Positions 9,686-19,979 are shown, counted from the stretch's first letter. The stretch is DNA of 64,000 bases from Paraburkholderia sp. (GCA_004322045.1 SCRN01000009.1:35949-99948); one strand, 5' to 3'. The notes: generated by a model not told the origin, from the letters alone. Translations and numbers: made by a program.

Positions 9686-11239
9686 CTATGCCGGCGTCGG
9701 AAGATCTACCATCCGCACATTCAACGCTTCGGGCGGCAGCGGATCGTGCGGCCGCGTCTCGAGCCAGAAGCGATAGAGCAGGTTCTGCGCGCTTTGCAGC
9801 CGGTATTCGTCGGTGGCGCGCATATCGGTGAGCGGGCCGTAGTCGCGCGCGAGCGCTTGCATGGCGGCCTGCGCCGTCGCTTCGTGCCAGGCCGCATCGG
9901 CCAACGCGCTTTCGGCATGAGCGGCCCGCTTGGGCGTTGCCGCCATGCCGCCGAAGGCGATGCGCGGCGAGCGGATCGTATCGCCGTCCGCGATGAACGA
10001 AAACGCGGCGCAGACGGCCGAGATATCCGAATCGAAGCGCTTGGAGATCTTGTACGTGCGAAACTGCAGCGCCGCGCGCGCGCCGGTGCGCGCCGGCACT
10101 TTCAGCGCGAGGACGAATTCGTGCTCGGCCATGTCCTTCTTTTGATAACCGAGGTAGAGGTCCTCTAGCGGCAGTTCGCGCTCGGTCTCGCCACCGCGCA
10201 GCACGACGCGCGCGCCCAGTGCGATCAGGCCCGGCATCGAATCGCCGATCGGCGACCCGTTCGCGACATTGCCGCCCAAGGTACCCGCATTGCGGATCGG
10301 CAGCGATGCGAAGCGCTTCCACATCTCCGTGAGTTCCGGATAGTGGCGGGCCAGCTCCGCGTAGGCGCGCTCGACGCTAACGCCCGCGCCGATTTCGATC
10401 CAGTCGTCCGACACCGAGATCCGCTGCAACTCGGCGATGCGGCCCACGTAGACGATGTCGCCGAGCGCGCGCATCTGCTTGGTGACCCACAAGCCAATGT
10501 CGGTGCTGCCGGCGAGCACCCTCGCCGCCGGTCGTTCGGCCTTGAGCGCGGCGAGCGCATCGACCGTGCGCGGCGCGTCGAATGCGGCGCCGTCGTGCTT
10601 GTAGTGGAAGGTGTCGTCGCGCTCTAGCGCGGCCAACGCTCGCTCCACCGCGGCGACATCGATCGGCGTGCGGGGCGCCGGCAATTCGAACATCCGTTCG
10701 GCGGCATCGACGATGGGCCGGTAGCCGGTGCAGCGGCACAGGTTGCCCGTCAGCGCATCGGCGATATCGTCACGCGAGGGCGCGCGGCAAGCGGTTGTCG
10801 TTTCGGTTGTCGTTCCGGTTGCCGCCCACTTCGCCGCGCCGTCTTCCGCGCCATGGTTCCGATAAAGGGCCCACATCGACATGACGAAGCCAGGCGTGCA
10901 AAAACCGCATTGCGAGCCGTGGCAGTCCACCATTGCTTGCTGGACCGGATGCAGCGAGCCGTCGCTCTGGCGCAGATCTTCCACCGTGAACAACGCTTTG
11001 CCGTCGAGCGTCGGCAGAAATTGGATGCAGGCATTCACAGCCGAAAACCGCATGCCGCCAGCCTCGTCACGCTCCGCGACGACGACCGTGCATGCGCCGC
11101 AATCGCCTTCGGCGCAGCCCTCCTTCGTCCCGGTGCAGTGCGCGTCCTCGCGCAGGTATTGCAGGACCGTGCGTGTCACGGCGACATCGCCGACTTCGCG
11201 AATCGCATTGCGGTGATAGAAACGGATCGGTTGGGTCAT
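9686..11239 (-). CDS. xdhA: xanthine dehydrogenase small subunit (2Fe-2S and FAD-binding)
   Basis: Carries CAEGDCGACTV and CGFCTPG iron-sulfur motifs plus an FAD-binding domain. Start set at MTQPIRFYH (ATG at 11239) rather than the 63-aa longer track ORF. Confidence 0.9.
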   Translation of the reverse strand: MTQPIRFYHRNAIREVGDVAVTRTVLQYLREDAHCTGTKEGCAEGDCGACTVVVAERDEAGGMRFSAVNACIQFLPTLDGKALFTVEDLRQSDGSLHPVQQAMVDCHGSQCGFCTPGFVMSMWALYRNHGAEDGAAKWAATGTTTETTTACRAPSRDDIADALTGNLCRCTGYRPIVDAAERMFELPAPRTPIDVAAVERALAALERDDTFHYKHDGAAFDAPRTVDALAALKAERPAARVLAGSTDIGLWVTKQMRALGDIVYVGRIAELQRISVSDDWIEIGAGVSVERAYAELARHYPELTEMWKRFASLPIRNAGTLGGNVANGSPIGDSMPGLIALGARVVLRGGETERELPLEDLYLGYQKKDMAEHEFVLALKVPARTGARAALQFRTYKISKRFDSDISAVCAAFSFIADGDTIRSPRIAFGGMAATPKRAAHAESALADAAWHEATAQAAMQALARDYGPLTDMRATDEYRLQSAQNLLYRFWLETRPHDPLPPEALNVRMVDLPTPA

Positions 11240-11506
11240 GGTTTTAGGTGGAAAAATCGAAAATCGCGCGGTTTCATCGTTCGATCCAAAGCTATCACCG
11301 CCAATATAGCCAACCCATAGGCGGCCTGACATGCCGCTCATATACTTGCGCCGATATGCCGATCGCCTCAGCGACCGGGCACGGCTTTGCGGCACTGCGC
11401 GGAAACCGGTTCCATGAGACAATCCCAAGCTATTTCACATAGTCAGCCGCACTTCAACTGGCGTTTTCCCTGGTGTAGTGTTCGGTCATTGCCTGCCTGA
11501 AGCCCC

Positions 11507-12733
11507 ATGTCTGCCGCCTCGCCCGCCCTATCCGATCGCGCCGCCACGGCTCAAATCGTTCCCGTCGTATTTTTCACCTTCGTCTGCTACCTGATCATCG
11601 GGTTGCCGCTGCCCGTGCTGCCCGGCTTCGTGCAAAGCCAGCTCGGCCTCGGCTCGGTGCTGGCCGGCGCGGCGGTCAGCGTACAGTATGCGGCGACGCT
11701 GTTCTCGCGCGCGCACGCGGGCCGCTTCTCGGACACGCTCGGCCCCAAACGCACGGTCGGGATCGGGCTCCTAGCCTGCGGTGTCAGCGGCGCGTTGCTC
11801 GCCGCAGCCGTCGCCTGCCACGCCTGGCCCGCGGTGAGCCTGTGCGTGTTGGTTGCGAGCCGCCTCGCACTCGGTTTCGGCGAGAGCTGCGTCGGCACGG
11901 GGGCCATCTTGTGGGGCATCGGCCGCGTTGGGGCCACGCACAACGCGCGCGTCATTTCCTGGAACGGCATCGCCACCTATGGCGCGCTGGCGATCGGCGC
12001 CCCCGTGGGCGCAACGCTCGCCCATTCGCTCGGGCCTTGGGCGCTTGGCGCCACGACCATCGCGCTTGCCGCCCTCGGCTATTGGCTCGCGCGCCGGCTC
12101 GATGCCGTGCCGCTCGTTCACGGCGAACGCATGGGCTATGCGAGCGTGTTCGTGCGCGTGCTGCCACACGGCGTCGGCCTGGCGCTCGGCACGGCCGGAT
12201 TCGGTTCCATCGCGACCTTCATCGCGCTGTATTACGCGGCGCGCGGCTGGTCGCATGCTGCGCTGGCGCTCACGCTGTTCGGCAGCTTCTTCGTCGGCGC
12301 GCGGCTGCTGTTCGCCAATGCTATCCGCAGCTACGGCGGCTTTCGCGTCGCGCTTGTCTCGTTCATGTTCGAATGCGCGGGCCTTCTGACGCTCTGGCTC
12401 GCGCCCACGCCGGCCGCCGCGCTCGTGGGCGCGGCCGTGACAGGGTTCGGCTTCGCGCTCGTTTTTCCGTCGCTCGGCGTCGAAGCGGTCGAACTCGTGC
12501 CCCCAGCCAGCCGCGGCGCGGCGCTCGCCGCGTACTCGGTGTTCTTCGATCTATCGCTCGGCATCATGGGGCCGCTAGCGGGCTATGTCGCCGGTGAGTT
12601 CGGCTATCCCTCGGTGTTCTTGGTCGCGGCGATCGCGGCTGCCTCCGCGGCGTTGTTGTCGGTCAGCCTGTACCTGCGCCAGACGCGCAGCCGGCGGCCG
12701 CTCGCGCGGCGTGGGGCGCTCGATGCGGGGTGA
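11507..12733 (+). CDS. MFS transporter
   Basis: 408-aa ORF that is hydrophobic throughout (about 12 segments), with an MFS-type loop [10 protein letters not shown]. Confidence 0.8.
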   Translation: MSAASPALSDRAATAQIVPVVFFTFVCYLIIGLPLPVLPGFVQSQLGLGSVLAGAAVSVQYAATLFSRAHAGRFSDTLGPKRTVGIGLLACGVSGALLAAAVACHAWPAVSLCVLVASRLALGFGESCVGTGAILWGIGRVGATHNARVISWNGIATYGALAIGAPVGATLAHSLGPWALGATTIALAALGYWLARRLDAVPLVHGERMGYASVFVRVLPHGVGLALGTAGFGSIATFIALYYAARGWSHAALALTLFGSFFVGARLLFANAIRSYGGFRVALVSFMFECAGLLTLWLAPTPAAALVGAAVTGFGFALVFPSLGVEAVELVPPASRGAALAAYSVFFDLSLGIMGPLAGYVAGEFGYPSVFLVAAIAAASAALLSVSLYLRQTRSRRPLARRGALDAG

Positions 12734-12876
12734 GTCGCGCCGCCTGGCAAGGTCAAGGCGGGGCAACCACATGACATTTCTTTCGGAAAGCTTAGCAAAA
12801 GGCGTCCAGCAGAAACCAGCGGCAATCGGATCCGAGATTCGAGCGAAATCCGGAACGGGTCGGCCGATTGCTTACG

Positions 12877-13266
12877 TTATTTTTGTGCTGGAGCAACACC
12901 GATTCCATTTGGCGTTAGTCGATTCGTCCTCACCCATCCGACAATCGGCTTCTCGCGCTTATCACTAAGATAAACAACAGACGTAAATTTCCTATATTCC
13001 GTGTAGGCATTTACCGTTTGCCCTTTTATCACGAAAACACCACGCATCACGCAAGAATAATCTGGTGCCGAATAGAACTGCAGACGTCCCTTTCCGATTA
13101 CCGTGCGCCCCGCGTCATCTCGAGGGACAAATATCCCATCTCTTGACGCAAGATCGCTCAGTTTTTGGCAGTCTACTGCGTTGCTCACCCCTTGGCATGC
13201 AAGCAGAGAAAGGGCGACCCCAATTCGAATGTACAGCATCGGCACTGACGCATAACGTCCTGTCAT
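12877..13266 (-). CDS. small lipoprotein, function unknown (candidate orphan immunity protein)
   Basis: 129 aa with a signal peptide and lipobox-like LSLLAC. AT-rich island context. Confidence 0.45.
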   Translation of the reverse strand: MTGRYASVPMLYIRIGVALSLLACQGVSNAVDCQKLSDLASRDGIFVPRDDAGRTVIGKGRLQFYSAPDYSCVMRGVFVIKGQTVNAYTEYRKFTSVVYLSDKREKPIVGWVRTNRLTPNGIGVAPAQK

Positions 13267-13380
13267 TTTATCCTCTCACTGCAAATCGTACCGAGCTAAA
13301 TTGGGTGGCCTTTCTTTGCCACAGGTATTCTCCAGCGCGCCCTTAACCTGATCACCTCATCGCCAGCCACTATCTGGTTC

Positions 13381-14148
13381 TCATGGCCCGTCACCGACAA
13401 CTACAACGGGCTTGCCTTGGGTACGTTCCAACCGCTTGGCCAAATGAATCATTACGATGTATTGTCGAATCCCAATTCCTGCGATCCATTGCGAAACGGG
13501 AAACAGAATCAGAGCACTTAGTAGAATGGGACCGTGCGCGCCAAAAGCAGGAGTCAGAACCCGCCCGATCACGAGTGACAGGGGTGCAATCAACAGCACC
13601 AGGCACATGTGCAGCTTCCCGGAGGGACTGCGGGGACTCAGGACCGCCTCCAGCTTCGCGATATTTTGCAGTCGATACTGCAAGACGCTGCCCATATCCT
13701 CAAATGCGTCGCGCACGAAGCCCGAGGTTGCTAGCGCCTTATTGACATCCCGGGCTGTAAATATCATCCAGTGCCCAGTCGTTACAATACCGAGCGCAAG
13801 CGCCCCGGCATGTACGTATGGAGGCATCGGCGCAAACAAAAAGTAGAAAAAGAAGGGAACGACGCCGCAAAAGAAATAAAACGCCGTTATCATGAACAGA
13901 TTGGCGAGTCCGAGGGCGGCAAGGCGCGATTGCCCGCCATCGATCAAAACGATGATACATGGCCCTAGAACAGCCAGTATCGACATGCCCGTTGCCAGCC
14001 AAAAAGGCAGCAGCGATACATGAAATACCATGCGATAGAAACCATAAGCAATAGCCATCGAAACGACGTTAACGAATAGCGTCAATGGAACCGTCTTCCT
14101 CACCACATCCCTAAGACAATTTTTTGAACGGCTCATGATTGTAGTCAC
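13381..14148 (-). CDS. polytopic membrane protein, divergent third paralog of the putative effector immunity protein
   Basis: 255 aa with multiple TM segments. Shares the aromatic-rich helix (FYFFCGVVPFFFYFLFAP) and tail architecture with ORFs 18369..19172 and 23290..24051, and is preceded by an effector C-terminal remnant. Confidence 0.6.
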   Translation of the reverse strand: MTTIMSRSKNCLRDVVRKTVPLTLFVNVVSMAIAYGFYRMVFHVSLLPFWLATGMSILAVLGPCIIVLIDGGQSRLAALGLANLFMITAFYFFCGVVPFFFYFLFAPMPPYVHAGALALGIVTTGHWMIFTARDVNKALATSGFVRDAFEDMGSVLQYRLQNIAKLEAVLSPRSPSGKLHMCLVLLIAPLSLVIGRVLTPAFGAHGPILLSALILFPVSQWIAGIGIRQYIVMIHLAKRLERTQGKPVVVVGDGP

Positions 14149-14226
14149 GATGGCATGAATATCAAAGGATACGAACTGTACTCTTTCGAGTGATGTTTTT
14201 CGAGAACTTTCGCTGCTTCCCGCAGG

Positions 14227-14440
14227 TCATCCGTTACATCGCTTGGTGATGTGGAATTCATTGTCTGTCATGTTAATCAGATATCCGACCGCCACGGCTG
14301 CGCCGAACACTAGAGCAGCAACTGCCCATACGGGCGCACTGGCAATCAACCCTGCAGCCAGCAACCCTGTGGTTAATGCACCTACCACCGCAGTCGAAGC
14401 CGCAGCGGCAATTCTGGAGGCCGCGAGATCGACGCCAAAT
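14227..14440 (-). pseudogene. C-terminal remnant of the VgrG-linked effector family
   Basis: Manual minus-strand translation gives FGVDLAASRIAAAASTAVVGALTTGLLAAGLIASAPVWAVAALVFGAAVAVGYLINMTDNEFHITKRCNG-stop. This aligns with the glycine-zipper C-terminus of ORFs 24090..25505 and 19162..19938. No start codon is present. Confidence 0.6.
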
Positions 14441-14715
14441 CAGATAGGGCAAAATAGCGACATTCGGTTCCGCAGCTATGGATACCGACATGGCACTTTC
14501 CCGCAAAGCTAATTGCAGACAGGGCCACTTCCTTTCCGATATCATCCCGCCAGATATCTCCGAATTTTACATAATAGTTCGGATTTATCCATCTTCCATT
14601 GCAAATCGATACCGAGTAATCAAAAAAAATACGACCTCTTTCGACTACCAACTGCCACGGACGGAAAGCTACATAGCACGCCGAGAAAGAACACACCAAC
14701 AAATTCGCTTTTCAT
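14441..14715 (-). pseudogene. frameshifted, 3'-truncated paralog of the exported 177-aa protein (20315..20848)
   Basis: The ATG at 14715 opens a signal-peptide frame (MKSEFVGVFFLGVLCSF) that stops after a T8 run (A8 on the plus strand near 14622-14629). The next frame continues NYYVKFGDIWRDDIGKEV...HSCGTECRYFALSDL, matching 20315..20848, and homology ends at the junction with the effector remnant. Confidence 0.55.
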
Positions 14716-14922
14716 GCAGTTCCGTCGACGTTATTCAATCAAATATTCCAAGACATCATCACGAACCGCGGGTTGTTTGCCACCTCAACTTGCGCGGCAA
14801 GAGTTTTCAAATCCGCCCTACTCCATGTAGGGTGTATGGTGGCCGATGAATTTAGTGTCGTCAAATTCCCAGCAAAGCGATTGCTCCGTCGAAATCGAAA
14901 ATCCTCCGCGCCGCAATTACGC

Positions 14923-15501
14923 CTACTTGGGCCTATTTTCTTGGCACGCAATGAAGAAGATCTCTACGGTTGTCAGCATCACCCTATTTTTTCGTTTTAT
15001 AAAGATCAAAGCCATATTCTGTAGCTGCTGAGACATCACACACCGCGCACCTACCGCTCTGAACTCGACGTCTAGCACGCATTCATTCTTAGGAAAATGC
15101 GTCGACGTGTGTCCATTGTCGACGGACGGCTCCACGCCCTTTAGTTGTCCCTTGATATATGAGAAAATTGGATGATCGAATCCTGTCATATTTTCGAAGA
15201 GAACTTTATGATCTCCCAAAACGCTCATCAGCCAATCTATTTTTTCGGCTGCAGTCCTCCCAGCGCGCTGAAGTGCAACACCATCGACAACGTTCGTTTG
15301 CAACTCGAATCTAGACGGGTCGGCATAATTATTGAATGCAATCTTATCTGGAAATGAAGCAAAAAACCTCTGCTTGATCTCTGAAACACCACTAGCCGAC
15401 GAACAATCAGACACAAGAATAGCATATGCGTTGGCGTATCCGAAAATAGCAGCGGCGCTCAAGGCGAGTGATAGGATTTTATATAGCTTAGCGCGTGCCA
15501 T
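14923..15501 (-). CDS. exported protein, function unknown (candidate orphan immunity protein)
   Basis: 192 aa with an N-terminal signal peptide (LSLALSAAAIFGYANA). AT-rich island context. The C-terminal end is uncertain. Confidence 0.4.
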   Translation of the reverse strand: MARAKLYKILSLALSAAAIFGYANAYAILVSDCSSASGVSEIKQRFFASFPDKIAFNNYADPSRFELQTNVVDGVALQRAGRTAAEKIDWLMSVLGDHKVLFENMTGFDHPIFSYIKGQLKGVEPSVDNGHTSTHFPKNECVLDVEFRAVGARCVMSQQLQNMALIFIKRKNRVMLTTVEIFFIACQENRPK

Positions 15502-15777
15502 GCCCTTTCAGATCCTTAATTTGATGAGCCTTGTTCTAGTCGATTGCCGATGCTTCCTGTAGCGAGGCCCCTTTGGCGATCTCCTGTTGCGCGAAGGGCA
15601 AGTACGTCTTAGGCACGTAATAGCAATGTATCTCCGACGGCTTGAACTCCGCAAAATCGATCGTCTGTCCAGCGACAATTACTTTTGCCGGTGGCGACAA
15701 CTAGATTTGCCGGTTTCCGACGGCTGACCTGTTGAGGTTGCGGCCGTCGCTATCATGCGGCTCCTTCCGGAGCCGAC

Positions 15778-17262
15778 ATGAAAAAAGACGGAGAAATCAA
15801 ATTGTTGCGGGAAGAACGGCGGAAAGGAGCGAGCCAGAAGCTGGCGGCTGCGCGAACGGGTATGAGTGAGCGCACGGTCCGTAAGTACGAGCGCGCGGGT
15901 ACGTTGCCCAGTCAGATGAGGAAACCGCGCACGCATCGCACGCGGGAGAATCCGTTTAGCCTCGATTGGCCGTGGGTCGAGGAACATCTCAAGCGAGACG
16001 CGGCACTGCAGGCCAAGACCCTGTTCGCGCTGCTGTGCCAGGCGTTTCCGGGGCGATATCAGGAAGGCCAGCTGCGCACGTTGCAGCGGCACATTCAAGC
16101 GTGGCGAGTTCGTCACGGCCCGGAACAGGAAGTCATGTTTCCACAGGAGCATGTGCCCGGGCGCATGGCTCAATCCGATTTCACTTCGATGAATAGCCTG
16201 AGAGTAACGATCTCGGGTACGGCATTCCCGCACCTGGTCTATCACCTGGTGCTGACTTACTCGAATGTGGAGGCCATACGCATTTGCTTCTCGGAGAGCT
16301 TCGAGGCACTGGCAGAAGGGCTTGAAGCGTGCCTGTGGCAGATCGGCGGTGTTCCCGAATGGCACCGCACCGACAACCTGACTGCGGCCGTACGCGACCT
16401 CGATCGTGAAGGAATGCATGAGTTCACGCAGAACTATCAAGCATTGCTCGCCCATTACGGCATGCAGCCGTCGGCGAACACGGCCGGATGCGCTAACCAA
16501 AACGGTGACGTCGAGCAATCGCACTTCCGCTTCAAAGAGGCCGTGGATCAGGCGCTGCGGGTTCGCGGCACGCGAGACTTCGGAACGCGTAGCGACTACG
16601 AGCACTTCCTTTGCGAACTTGTTCGACAGCGCAATCTTACGCGCACGCAACGATTCGAGGCGGACCGAGCGGCGCTTAGGCCGCTGCCCGCGGCACCGTT
16701 GGACTTCACACGTGAGGTCTCGGTGCGCGTCTCTCGCTTCAGTTTGGTTCGGGTGCTCAACAATCACTACTCCGTGCCGTCGCGATTGATCGGTGCGACG
16801 CTGAAAGCACGCATCCGCTCGGAGCGCTTGGATCTTTACCATGGGGCGGCGCACGTTCTTACTCTGCCGCGTTTGACCGGCCGCAATCAGCGACGAATCG
16901 ACTATCGGCACCTAATCTGGTCGCTGGTTAGAAAGCCCGGGGCGTTCGCGGCCTACTGCTACAGAGACGAGCTGTTTCCGACGACCGCGTTCCGCCGGGC
17001 CTACGACGCATTGCTTGCCGCAACGCCGACGAAGGCGGACCGAGAATACCTACGCCTGTTGCATTTAGCCGCGAGCACATCCGAGGCGGAAATCGATGAA
17101 GCAATCGGCCGGGTGTTGCATGACGAGCGCGTACCGACGCTCGATGTTGTGCGCGAACTCGTCGCAAGCCCGACGCCGACAGCGGTACCGAAGATCGGCA
17201 AGGCCGCCATCAACTTGCGCGACTACGACGCCCTGATTCCGTCACGGAGTAACCATGCATAA
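15778..17262 (+). CDS. istA: IS21-family transposase IstA
   Basis: 494 aa with an N-terminal HTH and an integrase-core region typical of IstA. Overlaps the downstream istB. Confidence 0.9.
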   Translation: MKKDGEIKLLREERRKGASQKLAAARTGMSERTVRKYERAGTLPSQMRKPRTHRTRENPFSLDWPWVEEHLKRDAALQAKTLFALLCQAFPGRYQEGQLRTLQRHIQAWRVRHGPEQEVMFPQEHVPGRMAQSDFTSMNSLRVTISGTAFPHLVYHLVLTYSNVEAIRICFSESFEALAEGLEACLWQIGGVPEWHRTDNLTAAVRDLDREGMHEFTQNYQALLAHYGMQPSANTAGCANQNGDVEQSHFRFKEAVDQALRVRGTRDFGTRSDYEHFLCELVRQRNLTRTQRFEADRAALRPLPAAPLDFTREVSVRVSRFSLVRVLNNHYSVPSRLIGATLKARIRSERLDLYHGAAHVLTLPRLTGRNQRRIDYRHLIWSLVRKPGAFAAYCYRDELFPTTAFRRAYDALLAATPTKADREYLRLLHLAASTSEAEIDEAIGRVLHDERVPTLDVVRELVASPTPTAVPKIGKAAINLRDYDALIPSRSNHA

Positions 17263-18028
17263 CGCCCGTGATGAATTGCTGGTGTCGCTTCGTGCGCTCA
17301 ACCTCGGTGCCATGGCGGCCGCTGTGGAAGACACGGCACTACGAGCGGCAAAGGAAGGGCTGACCCATGAGGCGTTCCTTCTCGAACTGGCTCGTATCGA
17401 ACGCGCAGCGAAGGCGTCGCGCCGAATCGAACGGCTACTGAGGCAATCCGAACTGCTGCCCGAGAAGAACTTCCGGTCCCTAAAGCTGGAAAGATTCGAT
17501 CCAGCCACCCGCATGCAAATTGAGCGGCTGCGCAGCGGCAGCTTCCTCAAGGATGCCACCAATGTGGTCGCGGTCGGCCGACCTGGTGCGGGGAAAAGCC
17601 ATCTTGCCTGCGCATTGGGGCACGCGCTCGTCGAGCAAGGGTACCCGGTCCTGTTCACACCCACGGGGGCTTTGGTGCAACGGCTACTGGCAGCAAAGCG
17701 CGATCTGCGTTTGCCGCAGGAGCTGGCGAAGCTGGACCGCTTCGAGTGCCTCATTCTGGACGACATCGGCTACGTCCAGCATGACCGAGACGAAATGGAA
17801 GTGCTGTTCACGTTGCTCGCCGAGCGCTACGAGCGCAAGAGCATCGTCATCACGACGAACCTCGTGTTCTCCGAGTGGGAGCGCATCTTTAAGGACCCGA
17901 TGACCACGCTCGCGGCCATTGACCGCGTCGTCCATCACAGCGTCGTTCTCGATCTGATGAGTGTTGAAAGCTATCGGGCTAAAGCTGCCGGCGCCAAGCC
18001 GACGGCATCAGCCCCGGTGGCAGCATAG
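17255..18028 (+). CDS. istB: IS21-family helper ATPase IstB
   Basis: 257 aa with Walker A GRPGAGKSH and Walker B LILDDIGY, in DnaA/IstB-like AAA+ organisation. Confidence 0.9.
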   Translation: MHNARDELLVSLRALNLGAMAAAVEDTALRAAKEGLTHEAFLLELARIERAAKASRRIERLLRQSELLPEKNFRSLKLERFDPATRMQIERLRSGSFLKDATNVVAVGRPGAGKSHLACALGHALVEQGYPVLFTPTGALVQRLLAAKRDLRLPQELAKLDRFECLILDDIGYVQHDRDEMEVLFTLLAERYERKSIVITTNLVFSEWERIFKDPMTTLAAIDRVVHHSVVLDLMSVESYRAKAAGAKPTASAPVAA

Positions 18029-18368
18029 GGCGGCAATTTTAGTTGTCGTTGTCGTCGGCGGCGGTTGTAGTTGACGCCAGACAGATCGTCCCTCCGAAGG
18101 ACCCGCCACCGCCCTGGTTCCCACCCAATACCACAATGTTTTTTTGTTTTTTGGATTAACGCCGCACACGAACATAACGTGGTCCGATGAACAATTTCGC
18201 GCATTTTTCAATTTGGCTCAGACTTTCAATCTTCCCGACATGACGCTGCACCCCGGGCTCACCGACCTAGGCCTCGCAGTCGAATGAATGAGAACTAGGG
18301 GCGAATATCGCGACTAGCAATCGCGAGTCATCCATATTCACTTCGGCGAACCCTAACGGTCGCGCTCG

Positions 18369-19172
18369 TCATGCCATCGCGACAACGCGCTTATGTTTCT
18401 CCCTTTCGATTCTCACCGGAAGGGCCACCATCACAAAATATATGCGTACGAATAGGCTTGCAAGCCACAATGATACGGGCATACCCAGCGCAGCAGCGAA
18501 CACCAAGACCCCATCACCACCAAGACTGGAGGACAGAATTCTATTCATCACCAGACCGAAAGGCGCGATACCATACACAATATACATAAGCGCCCTTGGA
18601 AAGGGGGATTTTTGCTGACACAACACATCAAACGTCCGCATGCCGTCTTTCAAACGATAAACTATATTATCTTCGCTTTCGACGAACATTTTATTCACGA
18701 ACGACGTCGCCGCGATCGTCTGCTGCACGCTTCGGTATGCGCCCCAAACCCACCAGACCGAAAGCGCTCCACCACACACCAAGCCCATCCACCTGAAATA
18801 TGCGCTTATCGATGAAAATATAAAAAAATAGAAGTATGCAAATACACCAAAGAAATAGTAGATTGCAGAAACACTAATTGACAAAATGAGCCCACAAGCC
18901 AACAACGCATTGCTTCCACGGTATCTCACATAAACAAAGAAAAGCGAGAAGCAGCAAACAGCAGCTACCGCAAGGCCGATCTGCCATGATAATCCAGATG
19001 CCCCTTGCACGTCGGCATAAGCGAGATATGAAATTCCTGAGCCAAGAAGCGGAAACATCAAGCATACAGGAATTGCTTTTTTCACCATATCCGAAATCTG
19101 ATCCGTATTAAATCCCAATGCTGTGTGCACAACTCCCCCAGGCAAGCTTACCGAATTTAGGTTAATCCGCAA
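18369..19172 (-). CDS. polytopic membrane protein, second paralog of the putative effector immunity protein
   Basis: 267 aa. Aligns along its length with 23290..24051 (YYFFGVFAYFYFFIF, PFPRALMYIVYGIAPFGLVMNR, GMPVSLWLASLFVRIYFVMVALPVRIEREKHKRVV). Its start overlaps the stop of the upstream effector fragment. Confidence 0.65.
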   Translation of the reverse strand: MRINLNSVSLPGGVVHTALGFNTDQISDMVKKAIPVCLMFPLLGSGISYLAYADVQGASGLSWQIGLAVAAVCCFSLFFVYVRYRGSNALLACGLILSISVSAIYYFFGVFAYFYFFIFSSISAYFRWMGLVCGGALSVWWVWGAYRSVQQTIAATSFVNKMFVESEDNIVYRLKDGMRTFDVLCQQKSPFPRALMYIVYGIAPFGLVMNRILSSSLGGDGVLVFAAALGMPVSLWLASLFVRIYFVMVALPVRIEREKHKRVVAMA

Positions 19173-19938
19173 ACATTAGCGAATACGATTCGTAGTCTTT
19201 TTTCGCAGCTTTCTGCAAATATTCTGCCGAATGCTTCAACGATTCACCAATCGCTCTAACAAAAGCAATCCCGTGGGCGGTACCATCGACCTTCTTATCA
19301 AGCAAATCAATACCGTAACCTACAAGAGCTGCAACAACGAGTGTGCCAATTACGATAGCCGATACCGGCACCATGATTGACCCCGCCAATAGCGCAACCG
19401 CCTCTCCGACAACAGCTGACGCGATCGCTGCACTTATGCCCGCCTTTAGAAAATCAATTCCGAGCTTCCCTAGCAAATCGGCAAAATCTTTGCTCCGCTT
19501 CCCATCGGGTCCTATCTGTTCGTAATCGTGCAGCCACTCCGCCGCGTCGAGGGTCATAGTAAATATCAATGCGATTAACCCGGCCTTCTTTGCCACACCT
19601 CTGATTCCCTCCCACGCCGCGGCCGTACCCGACTCGACGCTACCGGCCCCACCGGCAATTGTCAGCACTTTTTGGTGCTTAACGCGATAGCGGGCGGCCG
19701 TTATCAATCTACGCGATCGCGGATTCCCTGTGAATACGACATACCAGCGCTCGCCAGCATTCTTGTGGACTATCTTCATCAAACGGAATCGTTCAGACCA
19801 CAGTTCTTTAATCCACGCCTTGTTGTCGTTGAGGAATGCTGCCGTACCCGCAAGCTGCCCGAGCAAGCAGTTTCGAGTTGCAATCTTGTTCGCATCAATC
19901 GCTGTCTCAACCTTGCTCCCGGCGGCAACCTGATCCAA
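19162..19938 (-). CDS. orphan 5'-truncated copy of the VgrG-linked effector (C-terminal module only)
   Basis: The 258-aa ORF aligns with residues about 215-471 of ORF 24090..25505. In an 89-residue stretch (ETAID...IAGGAG) I count 14 differences. Homology continues upstream of the ATG to about 19975, where an IS5-like fragment begins. Confidence 0.65.
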   Translation of the reverse strand: MDQVAAGSKVETAIDANKIATRNCLLGQLAGTAAFLNDNKAWIKELWSERFRLMKIVHKNAGERWYVVFTGNPRSRRLITAARYRVKHQKVLTIAGGAGSVESGTAAAWEGIRGVAKKAGLIALIFTMTLDAAEWLHDYEQIGPDGKRSKDFADLLGKLGIDFLKAGISAAIASAVVGEAVALLAGSIMVPVSAIVIGTLVVAALVGYGIDLLDKKVDGTAHGIAFVRAIGESLKHSAEYLQKAAKKDYESYSLMFAD

Positions 19939-19979
19939 GATTTCCTGAGGAATCGACTGTCTGTCAACCTCTACAATGT

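Larger units (their letters stand above)
15666..18083 (+). mobile_element. IS21-family insertion sequence (istA-istB) with 7-bp target-site duplication
   Basis: Imperfect terminal inverted repeats TGTCCAGCGACAATTAC (left) and TGTCTGGCGTCAACTAC (reverse complement of the right end). Subterminal repeats CGACAACTAGATTTGCCG and CGACAACTAAAATTGCCG. GATCGTC flanks both ends (15659-15665 and 18084-18090). Confidence 0.85.

Noticed and set aside
15679-16911. 410-aa minus-strand ORF inside the IS21 element
   Set aside because: It is antisense to istA, which has clear transposase features.
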